Part shown: positions 55,338-63,969 of the stretch, piece after piece | Numbering within the stretch: the stretch's first letter is position 1 | Layout of the letters: each line of letters opens with the position of its first letter | DNA from: Candidatus Saccharimonadales bacterium | Lineage (GTDB): Bacteria > Patescibacteriota > Saccharimonadia > Saccharimonadales > JBGSXW01 | Direction of reading: 5' to 3' | Length of the DNA: 64,000 nucleotides | Assembly: GCA_041751215.1 (NCBI GenBank) | Contig: JBGSXW010000002.1 | Span: 286,591 to 350,590, forward strand | Program-made: the position numbers and the translations under genes | Notes under the pieces: model-generated | Database searches by the model: none | Seen by the model: only the letters and a program-made list of their open reading frames with translations | What the model was told of the DNA's origin: nothing

Positions 55338-55994
55338 TTTGTAGCCAATTCCGCGTACTGTTTTTATTAGCGGATAGTCAAAGTCTTGATCGATTTTTTG
55401 GCGCAAGTACCTGATGTACACCTCTAGGCGATTACTCGAACTGGTAGAGTAGACGCCCCAAACACTAGAAAGTAACTCTTGTTTGGTGAGCGTTACTCCT
55501 TGGTTTCTTAGCATATGCTCAAGCAGCGCAAACTCTTTGGGCATAAGTTCAATAGGCTGACCGGCTCGCTCAACGGTGTAGGCAATTGGATTCATTGTCA
55601 GGTCCCCAGCTTTAAGTTCTAGCGGCAACACTTGCTGTGGCCGGCGCAGCAAAGCCTGAACGCGAGCCAATAGCTCACGCATCCCGAATGGTTTAGCTAG
55701 GTAGTCATCGGCTCCAGCGTCTAGTCCAATTACGCGGTCTTCGATGCTGTGACGACCGGTTAGCATTAGTATCGGCGTATTAAGTCCGGCGGCCCTCACC
55801 TCTTGGCAGACTCCTAGTCCAGACTTGTTTGGTACACCAATATCTAGTATCACTACGTCGTAGTTGTTGCTGATAATTTTCTTGAGTGCTTGTTCGCCGT
55901 CAAAAACGCAGTCTACGATTAAACGATGCTTGGTTAAGTAGGTTTTAAGTAACCTAGACAGGTGAATATCGTCTTCTAACACTAAGGCCCTCAT
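55281..55994 (-). CDS. OmpR/PhoB-family response regulator
   Basis: Receiver MRALVLEDD...VVILDIGVP plus the winged helix TVRGIGYKL. The start at 55994 follows AAGGAG. The 3' end overlaps murA by 57 nt (convergent). Confidence 0.85.
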   Translation of the reverse strand: MRALVLEDDIHLSRLLKTYLTKHRLIVDCVFDGEQALKKIISNNYDVVILDIGVPNKSGLGVCQEVRAAGLNTPILMLTGRHSIEDRVIGLDAGADDYLAKPFGMRELLARVQALLRRPQQVLPLELKAGDLTMNPIAYTVERAGQPIELMPKEFALLEHMLRNQGVTLTKQELLSSVWGVYSTSSSNRLEVYIRYLRQKIDQDFDYPLIKTVRGIGYKLDVTQNANLSAELVESFR

Positions 55995-56143
55995 TGGGGG
56001 TAGCTCCTTTAATGTAACAACTATAGCCTTTTGGCAAGTACATGCCAAACATAAGCAATCTACTTTAATTAGATTTTAATAATCGACTGGGGTGGGAGTG
56101 AAAGTTTTGAAGTAAGTAATTATATAATGAGTTATATAATTAC

Positions 56144-57055
56144 TTAGTCTTGGTGAGGTGTGTTTGTAGAGTTATCTTCGTGATCTTCGTCAACATCATG
56201 ATCATCTTCGTCTTCGTGATCTTCTTCATGATGATCATCATCTTCATCGTGATGCGCTTCTTCCTCATGTGAGTGCGAGTCATGATCGTGACCGACATCT
56301 ATTTGGTCGTGCAACGTAGTTGCAGCTATACCTACAACTAAAACTCCCGCCACAAGCAATATGGCCGGTAGATCAATCAGCACTTTGTGCTTACTCTGCT
56401 TGTGAATCGATGGAATAATGTCGGAAACTGCTATGTAGATGAAGAATCCGGCAGTTAGGCCCAGCAACGCCTCCACCGGAAAGTTTGCGCCCTGGCCAAG
56501 CTGAAAGAACAACACGGCGGCAACTGTTGTTGCCATAGCGCTGACGATATTGACTATAATTACCGCTCGCCTAGAAAACCCTTTGTTAAGCAGTAGTCCA
56601 AAATCGCCGATCTCCTGCGGGATCTCGTGGGCCGCAACCGCCAATGTAGCTACAACTCCACTTGGCACACTAATTAAGAACGCTGCAGCTATCGCTACTC
56701 CGTCAATAAAATTGTGAACCGTGTCGCCAACAATAATCATTGAGGCTTTAGGATCTAGCTTGCTATCGACATGAACATGGTGGTGGTGAAACCAATTAAG
56801 AAAGCGCTCAAAGAAAAAGAAGCTGATAATACCTAAAAGAGTAAAGATTAAAACTTCATCGGCTTCGCCGGCCTCAATGCCCTCGGGAAGTAAATCAAGA
56901 AAAGCCGCACCAAGTAACGCGCCGGCTGCAAAAGGCGTGGCATACTTTGCCAACTTTCCCGCAAAGGATTTACGGCTCAGCAATAGCAAGCCGCCGAGTA
57001 GTGAAACTATGCCACCGATTAATGAAAAGAATATTACTGTAGATAGATTCGTCAT
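56144..57055 (-). CDS. ZIP-family metal transporter with His/Asp/Glu-rich C-terminal tail
   Basis: HEIPQEIGDFGLL ZIP signature, with the tail HDHDSHSHEEEAHHDEDDDHHEEDHEDEDD. The start is re-picked at ATG 57055. Confidence 0.85.
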   Translation of the reverse strand: MTNLSTVIFFSLIGGIVSLLGGLLLLSRKSFAGKLAKYATPFAAGALLGAAFLDLLPEGIEAGEADEVLIFTLLGIISFFFFERFLNWFHHHHVHVDSKLDPKASMIIVGDTVHNFIDGVAIAAAFLISVPSGVVATLAVAAHEIPQEIGDFGLLLNKGFSRRAVIIVNIVSAMATTVAAVLFFQLGQGANFPVEALLGLTAGFFIYIAVSDIIPSIHKQSKHKVLIDLPAILLVAGVLVVGIAATTLHDQIDVGHDHDSHSHEEEAHHDEDDDHHEEDHEDEDDHDVDEDHEDNSTNTPHQD

Positions 57056-57121
57056 GCTTACAATGTTAGGTGTCTGTAATAATTTTTGCAAATTTGTCGC
57101 ATTATCCTTATAATCTGCGAC
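57056..57121. promoter_or_regulatory. Divergent leaderless promoters sharing one palindromic -35 (TTGCAA) plus candidate Zur operator
   Basis: Plus strand: TTGCAA (57086-57091), 17 nt, TATAAT (57109-57114), 7 nt, ATG 57122. Minus strand: the same TTGCAA, 17 nt, TAACAT (57068-57063), 7 nt, ATG 57055. Inverted repeat TGTCGCA (57095-57101) / TGCGACA (57116-57122). Confidence 0.55.
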
Positions 57122-57529
57122 ATGAGTTTTGAAGAAAAAATGAAACAAAGTGGGAATAGCGTAACTTCGGCCAGGCGAAGCATTTATAAGCTCCTTAAGC
57201 ATGTCGATATGCCCATGAGTATTCAAGAAATCGCCGGCGAATCGCCGACTATCGACCGTGCTACTGTCTACCGAACCATTGAACTGTTTGAGAAACTTGG
57301 AATCGTTAAGCGTGTTTGGTTTGGGTTTAGAAGTAAAGTCGAGTTAAGTGATCTTTACCAAGAACACCATCACCACTTGGTGTGCGAATCTTGTGGCCGA
57401 ATCATCAAGATTGATCACGCTAACTTAGAGCGTATGGTTTCTAGAATTACCAAAAAGAATAACTACCTTCCGACCAAGCATCACATCGAGATTTTTGGTT
57501 TGTGCGAAGAATGCCAGCTAAAAAAGTAG
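57122..57529 (+). CDS. zur: Fur-family metalloregulator (Zur-like)
   Basis: ATVYRTIELFEKLGIV, HHHHLVCESCG and CEEC. It is divergent from the ZIP transporter. Confidence 0.8.
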   Translation: MSFEEKMKQSGNSVTSARRSIYKLLKHVDMPMSIQEIAGESPTIDRATVYRTIELFEKLGIVKRVWFGFRSKVELSDLYQEHHHHLVCESCGRIIKIDHANLERMVSRITKKNNYLPTKHHIEIFGLCEECQLKK

Positions 57530-57590
57530 TGGGGGTCTTTAAAAATTAACAGATGGCAGGTATAATCGCCTCTGTTCTGTTAACACCGTT

Positions 57591-57676
57591 GCAGGGTTAG
57601 TGAAGCGGTCAAACACGGCAGACTGTAAATCTGCTGGCTTATGCCTTCGTAGGTTCGAATCCTACACCCTGCACCA
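57591..57676 (+). tRNA. tRNA-Tyr (anticodon GTA), long variable arm, CCA encoded
   Basis: Acceptor GCAGGGT/ACCCTGC, anticodon loop CTGTAAA, T-arm GTAGG-TTCGAAT-CCTAC. Confidence 0.9.
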
Positions 57677-57847
57677 AACTAATAATCCGGCCGGAGGTCG
57701 GGTTTTTAGTTTGGTATTGAGTTTAGAAAGAGAACCGTGTCCGCCGCAGGCGGAAGGTTCGGTGGAGCAGGAACACGCGCAAAAGTTTACTTTGAGCATG
57801 TGACTGCGGAGAAGGACGAAGTCCGCTATCCCTCTCCCTGCACCAAA
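57677..57847 (+). repeat. tRNA-trailing GC-rich module, Tyr copy
   Basis: H1 GAACC-gtgt-CCGCC-gca-GGCGG-aa-GGTTC (57732-57760), a 66-nt insert, then ATCCCTCTCCCTGCACCAAA (57828-57847), which matches 17/20 nt of the tRNA-Tyr 3' end at 57659-57678. Confidence 0.7.
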
Positions 57848-57893
57848 ACGTCTACGCTTGCATAATCGGCCAATAAACATAGATAATCAAACA

Positions 57894-58397
57894 ATGGCAA
57901 AAGAAGGCTTAATACTTACTGGATTTATGGGGATGGGAAAATCGACCGTTGGGCCGGCTGTGTCCGAACGTCTTAATATTACCTACTATGATACTGACGA
58001 CTGGATGGAAACTGAGGGTGGGATTGATGTCCCTCATCTGGTTAGAACCAACATGTCGGAGTTCCGAAGAATCGAAGCGGAGGCGCTGAAAACAATACTC
58101 GACCAAGAACCAGGAGTAGTATCAACTGGCGGTGGAATAGTAAGTACCGAGTTTGGCCAAACTGCTTTACGGGCTGCCGCCGTGCCCGTGGTCTGGCTAC
58201 AGGCTCCGTTTGAGGTGGCGGCTAGTCGAGTTGTTAGTGATCCAGGAAGAGAACGACCTTTGTTTAGCGATGTAGAAAGCGCTCGAGCCCTGTTTAATGA
58301 GAGACAACAGTGGTATGAAGAAACGGCCGACTGCATAGTTGACGCCTCTCAGCCTGCAGAGCAAGTTACTGAAGACGTAGTTTCAGCTGTTAGTTAG
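57894..58397 (+). CDS. aroK: Shikimate kinase
   Basis: GFMGMGKSTVG P-loop, YYDTDD and STGGGIV. The start is at ATG 57894. Confidence 0.8.
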   Translation: MAKEGLILTGFMGMGKSTVGPAVSERLNITYYDTDDWMETEGGIDVPHLVRTNMSEFRRIEAEALKTILDQEPGVVSTGGGIVSTEFGQTALRAAAVPVVWLQAPFEVAASRVVSDPGRERPLFSDVESARALFNERQQWYEETADCIVDASQPAEQVTEDVVSAVS

Positions 58398-58436
58398 ATA
58401 AACTCAGCCGCACAATGCGCTCAGGCTTAAGTTTGT

Positions 58437-58964
58437 TTATTGTCTTCTTTGAGACATTATTCGATCCATTTTTGCGCGTCCTGCCTCTCGCAGAGCAGGT
58501 AATCGACTTGTCGGTGATGGATCGCGCAATCTAAGTTCATAATGCGCAAACTCGCCTTGGCTGGCAATTCTATCAAGAAGTGCTAGCGCAACAACTGCGC
58601 CGTCGTGAGCCCAGCCTTTATACATCTCGGGCTGAGCAAGCCGTGAGTGTGATTGTTCTTCATCTAACCGCGAACGGGTAAACATGCCCCCGATCAACTT
58701 AGTTCCATCCGGTTGTTCGTGGCTAAAGTGATATGAAGAAATAGCCACAGTCTCAGTATCATGTTCGAGTCCAATGGCTACGTTAATAGCGCCATCGCCA
58801 GTATCTATCGCCAGCGTAGATCCGGCTAGCATCTCTGGCGGCAAGCCGTCAGCCAAATACGGACCAATGAAGGGAGTTAGTACTTCACCAGCTCGGTTGA
58901 ATGCTGCGTCGACATCACTCATCATCTCTTCTAGGCTAGGTATGTTCTGTTCAGTCTCTGTCAT
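58437..58964 (-). CDS. Hypothetical protein
   Basis: 175-aa ORF. No motif recognised. Confidence 0.55.
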   Translation of the reverse strand: MTETEQNIPSLEEMMSDVDAAFNRAGEVLTPFIGPYLADGLPPEMLAGSTLAIDTGDGAINVAIGLEHDTETVAISSYHFSHEQPDGTKLIGGMFTRSRLDEEQSHSRLAQPEMYKGWAHDGAVVALALLDRIASQGEFAHYELRLRDPSPTSRLPALREAGRAKMDRIMSQRRQ

Positions 58965-58991
58965 AAGCTAATCATACAAGCAAATTCTGAT

Positions 58992-59792
58992 CTAAGAAAG
59001 CACTACCCTTTTGAGTTCTAGCTCCCGCCCAAACAACTCCGCGGCTAGTTGCCGTGTGTCATCAGTAACGTCAGTCAGCTGAAACTCTGAGGCCGAGTCT
59101 TTGCTTAGTTTGGCTTCAACTTCTTGATGTTTGTCTAAATATGCTTTTAGTTTTGCAGGGATAAATTCGTCTTGCGAGATAAGCTCGATTTCGCCTACTC
59201 GCTCTTTGATTTGCTGCTTTAAGTAAGGATAGTGCGTTGATCCTAAGATTAAAGTATCAATTGAGGATTCGACGAGCGGGCGTAAATACTCGTCAAGAAT
59301 CGGTCCAACCCACCTTACGCCGTTGTTTTCAATCAGCGGAACCAGCAAGGGTGCTGCTTGCTGAAAAACTTCGATGCTAGGATCTAGCTTTTTGATCTCT
59401 GACTCAAACGCCCCAGAACTAACCGTACCCTTAGTGGCCAAAACACCAACCCGCTTGTTTTTTGTCTTGCTAACCGTCTCTTCGGCGGCGGGGACTAATA
59501 CGCCCAGAACTCGGCGATCGGGGTAATGTTGCGGAACGAGCTCCTGTTGGATGCGGCGCAAGGCCTTAGCCGAGGCAGTGTTACACGCAACAATCACCAG
59601 CTGGCAATCATTATCCAAAAGATGCCTCAAAGACTGTTCTGTGAACTCATAAACGCTATCTAGCGAACGATTGCCATACGGAACACGCGCCGAGTCACCC
59701 AAGTAGAGATAGTTATGTTCCGGAAGATCTCTAATCAAACTATGAGCGATCATTAGTCCACCGAGGCCAGAATCAAATACGCCAATTTTCAT
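58992..59792 (-). CDS. murI: Glutamate racemase homolog
   Basis: IGVFDSGLGGL and VIVACNTAS. The second catalytic-Cys motif reads GSTHYP instead of GCTHYP. Confidence 0.85.
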   Translation of the reverse strand: MKIGVFDSGLGGLMIAHSLIRDLPEHNYLYLGDSARVPYGNRSLDSVYEFTEQSLRHLLDNDCQLVIVACNTASAKALRRIQQELVPQHYPDRRVLGVLVPAAEETVSKTKNKRVGVLATKGTVSSGAFESEIKKLDPSIEVFQQAAPLLVPLIENNGVRWVGPILDEYLRPLVESSIDTLILGSTHYPYLKQQIKERVGEIELISQDEFIPAKLKAYLDKHQEVEAKLSKDSASEFQLTDVTDDTRQLAAELFGRELELKRVVLS

Positions 59793-59838
59793 ACTTAACT
59801 ACATTATACGAGAAAATTGCTAAATTCGATTGGCTGGT

Positions 59839-60003
59839 TTAAGCGGCGAGCACAACTGGCTCGTCCAAGGTAGGCTCCTCGGGCTCAATAGCTGCGTCTA
59901 CTGCGTAAGCGCCGGCCAATAGCTCTCGGATATGTTGATCGCGCAGGCTTTCGACAGCCTCCTCGATGGTTGGGTTTCCAAAGTCTGGTATTTCGTATGC
60001 CAT
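59839..60003 (-). CDS. Possible 54-aa acidic peptide
   Basis: Own translation: MAYEIPDFGNPTIEEAVESLRDQHIRELLAGAYAVDAAIEPEEPTLDEPVVLAA. It is below the track cutoff and has no clear RBS. Confidence 0.3.
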   Translation of the reverse strand: MAYEIPDFGNPTIEEAVESLRDQHIRELLAGAYAVDAAIEPEEPTLDEPVVLAA

Positions 60004-60084
60004 ATTTTTGTGTTAGTTAATAATACTTATGATTATATACCCCCATGTAAAGACCTGGCTAGAAATTTGTCGTACAATATGCAA

Positions 60085-61326
60085 ATGACCCCAGAAAGTT
60101 CCAAAATCGAGCGTACATATGTAACGCTAACTTTGCTTTCGACCTTTGCGGCATCGTTTATTTGGGGAATCAACACGCTATTTTTACTTGATGCCGGATT
60201 AAGCAACACCGAAGCGTTCGCGGCTAACGCTTTTTTTACGCTCGGCCAAGTCATTTTTGAAGTGCCAACTGGGGTAGTTGCCGACATTTGGGGACGCCGA
60301 GCTTCCTTTTTGCTAGGTGCTGGATCTTTGTTAATCACCACCTTGCTCTATCTACTGCTTTGGCAAGTCGGAGCACCCTTTTGGCACTGGGCGCTAGTAT
60401 CCGCTCTGATCGGTCTGGGTTTTACCTTCTTTAGCGGCGCAACCGAAGCCTGGTTGGTTGATGCGCTGCACTTCACAAAATTTAAGGGCAATCTAGAATC
60501 CGTTTTTGCCAAAGGTCAGGTCGCTGGCGGTATTGCGATGCTTAGTGGTTCGGTGGCTGGAGGCTTTATTGCCCAAGCTAGCAACCTAGGCGTTCCTTAC
60601 TTGGTGCGTTCTGGCTTCTTGGGCCTGCTGTTCATTGTCGCCTTCATCGCCATGCGAGATGTTGGTTTTGCGCCGGTTAAAAGCAAGCGGCCAATGCGTG
60701 AGGTAAAGAAGGTGCTAAATGCCTCTATTGAACATGGTTGGCGAAATCCGCCGGTTCGCTGGCTAATGTTGGCTGCGCCGTTCTCGGCTGGGGTTGGATT
60801 TTACGCATTCTACGCCATGCAGCCCTACCTACTAGAGCTTTACGGCGATCCGAACGCTTACGGTGTGGCAGGCTTGGCAGCAGCAATCGTGGCCGCAGCT
60901 CAGATTGGTGGCGGCTTATTAGTGCCGTTGATTAGACGAGTCTTCTCTCGCCGATCAACAATTGTGGTACTGCAGGTAATTCTAAGTGCGGTGGCTCTGG
61001 GCTTAGTGGGTTGGGCGCAAAACTTCACCTTAGCCATCGCCGTGTTGGTGGTTTGGGGATTGTTGTTTGCAGTTGTTGGCCCAATCAGGCAATCGCTCAT
61101 CAATAGCTTGATTCCATCTAAGCAGCGAGCAACTGTTATCTCCTTCGACTCCCTGATGAGCTCAGCCGGTGGCGTAGTGTCTCAGCCAGCACTCGGAAGA
61201 GTAGCGGACGTTTACAGTTACGGCGCTTCTTATGTGGTAGCAGCCGCGATTCAGCTCTTAGCCTTGCCGTTTGCGTTAGGAGTGCGTGCTCGAAGCGGTT
61301 CGGCAGACGAGATTAAGAAGTCTTAA
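60085..61326 (+). CDS. MFS transporter
   Basis: About 12 predicted TM helices and a GRR motif between TM2 and TM3 (DIWGRRASF). TACAAT (60073-60078) lies 6 nt before ATG 60085. Confidence 0.8.
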   Translation: MTPESSKIERTYVTLTLLSTFAASFIWGINTLFLLDAGLSNTEAFAANAFFTLGQVIFEVPTGVVADIWGRRASFLLGAGSLLITTLLYLLLWQVGAPFWHWALVSALIGLGFTFFSGATEAWLVDALHFTKFKGNLESVFAKGQVAGGIAMLSGSVAGGFIAQASNLGVPYLVRSGFLGLLFIVAFIAMRDVGFAPVKSKRPMREVKKVLNASIEHGWRNPPVRWLMLAAPFSAGVGFYAFYAMQPYLLELYGDPNAYGVAGLAAAIVAAAQIGGGLLVPLIRRVFSRRSTIVVLQVILSAVALGLVGWAQNFTLAIAVLVVWGLLFAVVGPIRQSLINSLIPSKQRATVISFDSLMSSAGGVVSQPALGRVADVYSYGASYVVAAAIQLLALPFALGVRARSGSADEIKKS

Positions 61327-62527
61327 GTCGAACAAAACGACGCTTGCCGGCCTGGAGAACATCATCGCTATCAACCTTAAACTCGTCTTCTAATGCAACC
61401 TTGTTTTGATTGAGCTTTACGGCGCCCTGTTCTAGCAATCTTCGGGCTTCAGAATTACTAGGAGCAAGTCCGGAATTACTTAGAAGCTCAATCCAGCTAG
61501 ATTCACCCTGTAATTGATAATCGCTGATATCCTCAGGCAAAGCTCCTTCGCTAAACTGGCTAGTCCAGTTAGCCTGAGCCTTATCCGCAGCTTCACTTGA
61601 GTGATACATGCTAACAATCTCGTGGGCTAGGCGCAGTTTTATATCTCGCGGATTGGCGCCATCTGACAGTTCGGTTTGTACCTTGGATATCTCTTCGAGG
61701 GGCAGCCTGGTGCAGTCAATAAAAACCTGAGCGATTCCGGCATCAGCAAGCGCCATGACACCGCCAAACATTTCGTCTGGATCGGCTTTTAGCGAAACTC
61801 CAGTGCCAAGGCTCTTGCTCATAAGTTTCTCGCCGGTTTCGGGGTTTTCTAGCAAGGTTGTGGTAATAACAAACTTCTCTTTGTCCTTGAGGCGCTTAAG
61901 TAGTGTGCGCCCAGCAAGCATATTAAATGTCTGGTCTGTTCCGCCGATCTCAACGTCAACATCCATCGCTACTGAGTCATAGCCTTGCATTAGAGGATAA
62001 AAGAATTCGTGGACAAACAATGGCTTGTTGGCGTCAATTCGTTTCTTAAAGGCATCGCGCTCAATCATTTGCTGCACCGTAAAGTTTGAGGCTAGCTCAA
62101 CCGCATCGGCAAAACTTAACTTACTTAGCCACTCGGCGTTAAATTTAAACTCGATAGGATTCTGATCGTCTTCAAAGTTTAAAATCTTGCCGATCTGCTC
62201 TTTAAAACTGCTCAAATTATCGGCAACTTGGTCTGGTGTTAGGGGCTGGCGTAAAGAAGTTTTATCGCTCGGATCACCAATCATGGCTGTAAAGTCACCA
62301 ACTAATACAATTATCTTGTGGCCAAGTTTGTGTAGGCGCTCTAACAATAAATAGTTAGTGGAGTGACCAAGATGAACGTAGTCGGCAGTTGGATCGATAC
62401 CAACATAAACACGCAACTGCTTGCCAGACTCAAGGGCAGATTTAAATGCCTTAGGATCAGGGTAGATGGTGTCGACGGAGCGGCTTAACAGCTCCTCAAT
62501 AGACGCTGGGTCGGTTGAGATACTCAT
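61313..62527 (-). CDS. tyrS: Tyrosyl-tRNA synthetase
   Basis: HLGHS (HIGH), LMSKSLG (KMSKS) and a C-terminal S4 domain. Confidence 0.95.
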   Translation of the reverse strand: MSISTDPASIEELLSRSVDTIYPDPKAFKSALESGKQLRVYVGIDPTADYVHLGHSTNYLLLERLHKLGHKIIVLVGDFTAMIGDPSDKTSLRQPLTPDQVADNLSSFKEQIGKILNFEDDQNPIEFKFNAEWLSKLSFADAVELASNFTVQQMIERDAFKKRIDANKPLFVHEFFYPLMQGYDSVAMDVDVEIGGTDQTFNMLAGRTLLKRLKDKEKFVITTTLLENPETGEKLMSKSLGTGVSLKADPDEMFGGVMALADAGIAQVFIDCTRLPLEEISKVQTELSDGANPRDIKLRLAHEIVSMYHSSEAADKAQANWTSQFSEGALPEDISDYQLQGESSWIELLSNSGLAPSNSEARRLLEQGAVKLNQNKVALEDEFKVDSDDVLQAGKRRFVRLKTS

Positions 62528-62565
62528 AGATTATGCCCTTAACTGTAACTCAATCAGTAGTCGGT

Positions 62566-63036
62566 TCACAAGCCCGGTTCAGCATCGCGCTGAGCTAGAA
62601 AGTCTTGTATGCGTTTAAGCGAGCGAAGCTTAACCTCATCTGCAGCTAATAGCCCATCTATCACAATTGCGACTTGATCGTCGGTAAAATAATCTCCGCT
62701 CGCATTGATGGCTCCATCAAAACCGTTTAGAAACTCCGCGACTCTCATTCTAGGAGCGTACTCACCATTTTCTGTAGCAATTGGCGTCGAGAAGCCAACG
62801 TAAACTGCGCGACCGATAGGTTGTCGATCGTAAGCGCAGGCGTCACCTCCGCCAGCGTAAATTTCCTCGCCGGTAATTGTAAATTCAGCTTGTTGTGTCC
62901 AGGTAAAGCCAGCCTCGTCTGTTAGGTAGCAGGCAGCAAGATCAACAATCCCAGCCGCTTCACAGGCCTCTAAGGCCTGAGCTTGCGCTTGGTCTAGTAA
63001 GGTTTCTGGTAGTGCTCGTGAATCAAATTCTGTCAT
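62566..63036 (-). CDS. Hypothetical acidic protein
   Basis: 156 aa from ATG 63036 (MTEFDSR...). The track ORF extension to 63087 overlaps tRNA-His. Confidence 0.55.
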   Translation of the reverse strand: MTEFDSRALPETLLDQAQAQALEACEAAGIVDLAACYLTDEAGFTWTQQAEFTITGEEIYAGGGDACAYDRQPIGRAVYVGFSTPIATENGEYAPRMRVAEFLNGFDGAINASGDYFTDDQVAIVIDGLLAADEVKLRSLKRIQDFLAQRDAEPGL

Positions 63037-63042
63037 AAATTC

Positions 63043-63120
63043 TGGGGTGCCTGATGGGACTTGAACCCACGGCCTTCGGTACCACAAACCGACGCTCTAA
63101 CCAGCTGAGCTACAGGCACC
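63043..63120 (-). tRNA. tRNA-His (anticodon GTG) with encoded G-1 and CCA
   Basis: Minus strand G-GTGCCTG...TCGGT-TTGTGGT-ACCGA...GTGGG-TTCAAGT-CCCAT-CAGGCAC-C-CCA. Confidence 0.9.
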
Positions 63121-63228
63121 ACATGTGGTTACGCTGCTTAACTTAACACAATTTGCACTGTTTGACCACTGTTAAATACACGAAATCGTGCTAAAGGTTC
63201 GAGGCAAAAGCACTTAGTGTCCGGTCAA

Positions 63229-63969
63229 TTACCAACGACCTCGATTTTTAGGCTTAAACATCCTACCCACATTCGGAGTTTTAATTCCTTTGATCATTGC
63301 TTCAAAATCATCATCTTTGACTGGAATTTCGGGTCTCGGTTTGGGCTCCGGAAGGTCAATCTCGCCTCTTTGAGTTGTGTAGAAACCTCGCACTGCGTGC
63401 CTAACGGCACCCGAATGCTGAAGGTGTGAAAATTGTGCCCTAACCTTAGCAAACTCTTCGTCGTCTAGCATGCGACCAAATAGATTGTAAATAACCTCGC
63501 CTAGGCGCATGGCTTTTTGGGATGTCAGTAGATCGATAATGTCTTGGTCGCTGACCAAGGCTCCGAGAGTTTTTGACTCAATCTTTTTAGCTGCCCCGTT
63601 ATCAGATCGGTGATCCATAAGATCTATGCCTGGTTGAGACTCGGCTGGTTCTGGCACTAGCTCTGCTGGTACTTCCTCGGGTACGGGCTCTTCTGCTACT
63701 AATTCAGGTCGCAAAAGCTCGCACATTAACTCGTAATGATCTCCGAAATCTAAGTAGTGCCTAGTACCCCGAGTTTTGCCGGTTGTGCTCCACTCAATTT
63801 CAATGCCGGCAGTAGCCAGCGCAGACTGAGCTTCGTCTCTGAATTCTTTAAAGGTCGCGGTGGTAAGGGGATTTTCCAGCTCGCTTCCCACATCTCGGCG
63901 TACTTCTTCGGCGCGCATACCTTGGTTGTCTAAGAAGTAACGCAAAATTGCAGCCGCATCAAGCGACAT
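63229..63969 (-). CDS. Hypothetical protein
   Basis: 246-aa ORF with an acidic Pro/Glu-rich linker and a basic C-terminus. No motif recognised. Confidence 0.55.
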   Translation of the reverse strand: MSLDAAAILRYFLDNQGMRAEEVRRDVGSELENPLTTATFKEFRDEAQSALATAGIEIEWSTTGKTRGTRHYLDFGDHYELMCELLRPELVAEEPVPEEVPAELVPEPAESQPGIDLMDHRSDNGAAKKIESKTLGALVSDQDIIDLLTSQKAMRLGEVIYNLFGRMLDDEEFAKVRAQFSHLQHSGAVRHAVRGFYTTQRGEIDLPEPKPRPEIPVKDDDFEAMIKGIKTPNVGRMFKPKNRGRW

